Origin: an uncultured archaeon
GTDB lineage: Archaea > Thermoproteota > Bathyarchaeia > Bathyarchaeales > Bathycorpusculaceae
Assembly: GCA_963782915.1 (NCBI GenBank)
Contig: CAWALK010000025.1
Span: forward strand, 64,001-128,000
Reading direction: 5' to 3'
DNA: 64,000 nt
The position numbers and the translations under genes are program-made. The notes beneath the pieces are model-generated. The model had not been told where the DNA came from, searched no databases, and saw only the letters and a program-made list of their open reading frames with translations. Shown here one piece after another: positions 63,982 to 64,000 of this stretch. Within the stretch, counting starts at the first letter, position 1, and each line of letters opens with the position of its first letter.

Positions 63982-64000
63982 GTTCTGTTGCGATTTTTTT

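Overview
Archaeal chromosomal window. Gene content fits a TACK-group archaeon, probably Bathyarchaeia (inference): PolB, archaeal DnaG, aIF-2beta, stand-alone 5S rRNA, ESCRT-III/Snf7 paralogue, PQQ-like beta-propeller and NosD-like surface proteins. It holds a Tad/type IV pilus-like locus (0.2-8.1 kb), housekeeping genes (polB, dnaG, ychF, uppS, DUF373, aIF-2beta, asnB, alkA, pyrH), transporters (MMPL, MFS, NodIJ-like ABC), two tandem S53 peptidases and three accessory patches (17-23, 43-47, 55-60 kb). Many genes are split by apparent single-base frameshifts, most simply explained as uncorrected long-read indels. The most striking unexplained structure is a set of short non-coding repeat families. 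R1 (~33 bp, pseudo-palindromic) occurs four times in direct orientation, each copy separating single co-oriented genes like a cassette array. R2 (~50 bp) and R5 (36 bp) twice bracket different cargo genes in the same order and orientation. A ~100-bp inverted repeat brackets an ESCRT-III module. No transposase or integrase is present in the window. Also notable: PolB lacks ExoI/ExoIII catalytic acids, dnaG has no canonical start codon, and three exported-protein genes share an exactly spaced palindrome-BRE-TATA promoter. All alignments were done by eye; no database searches were run.
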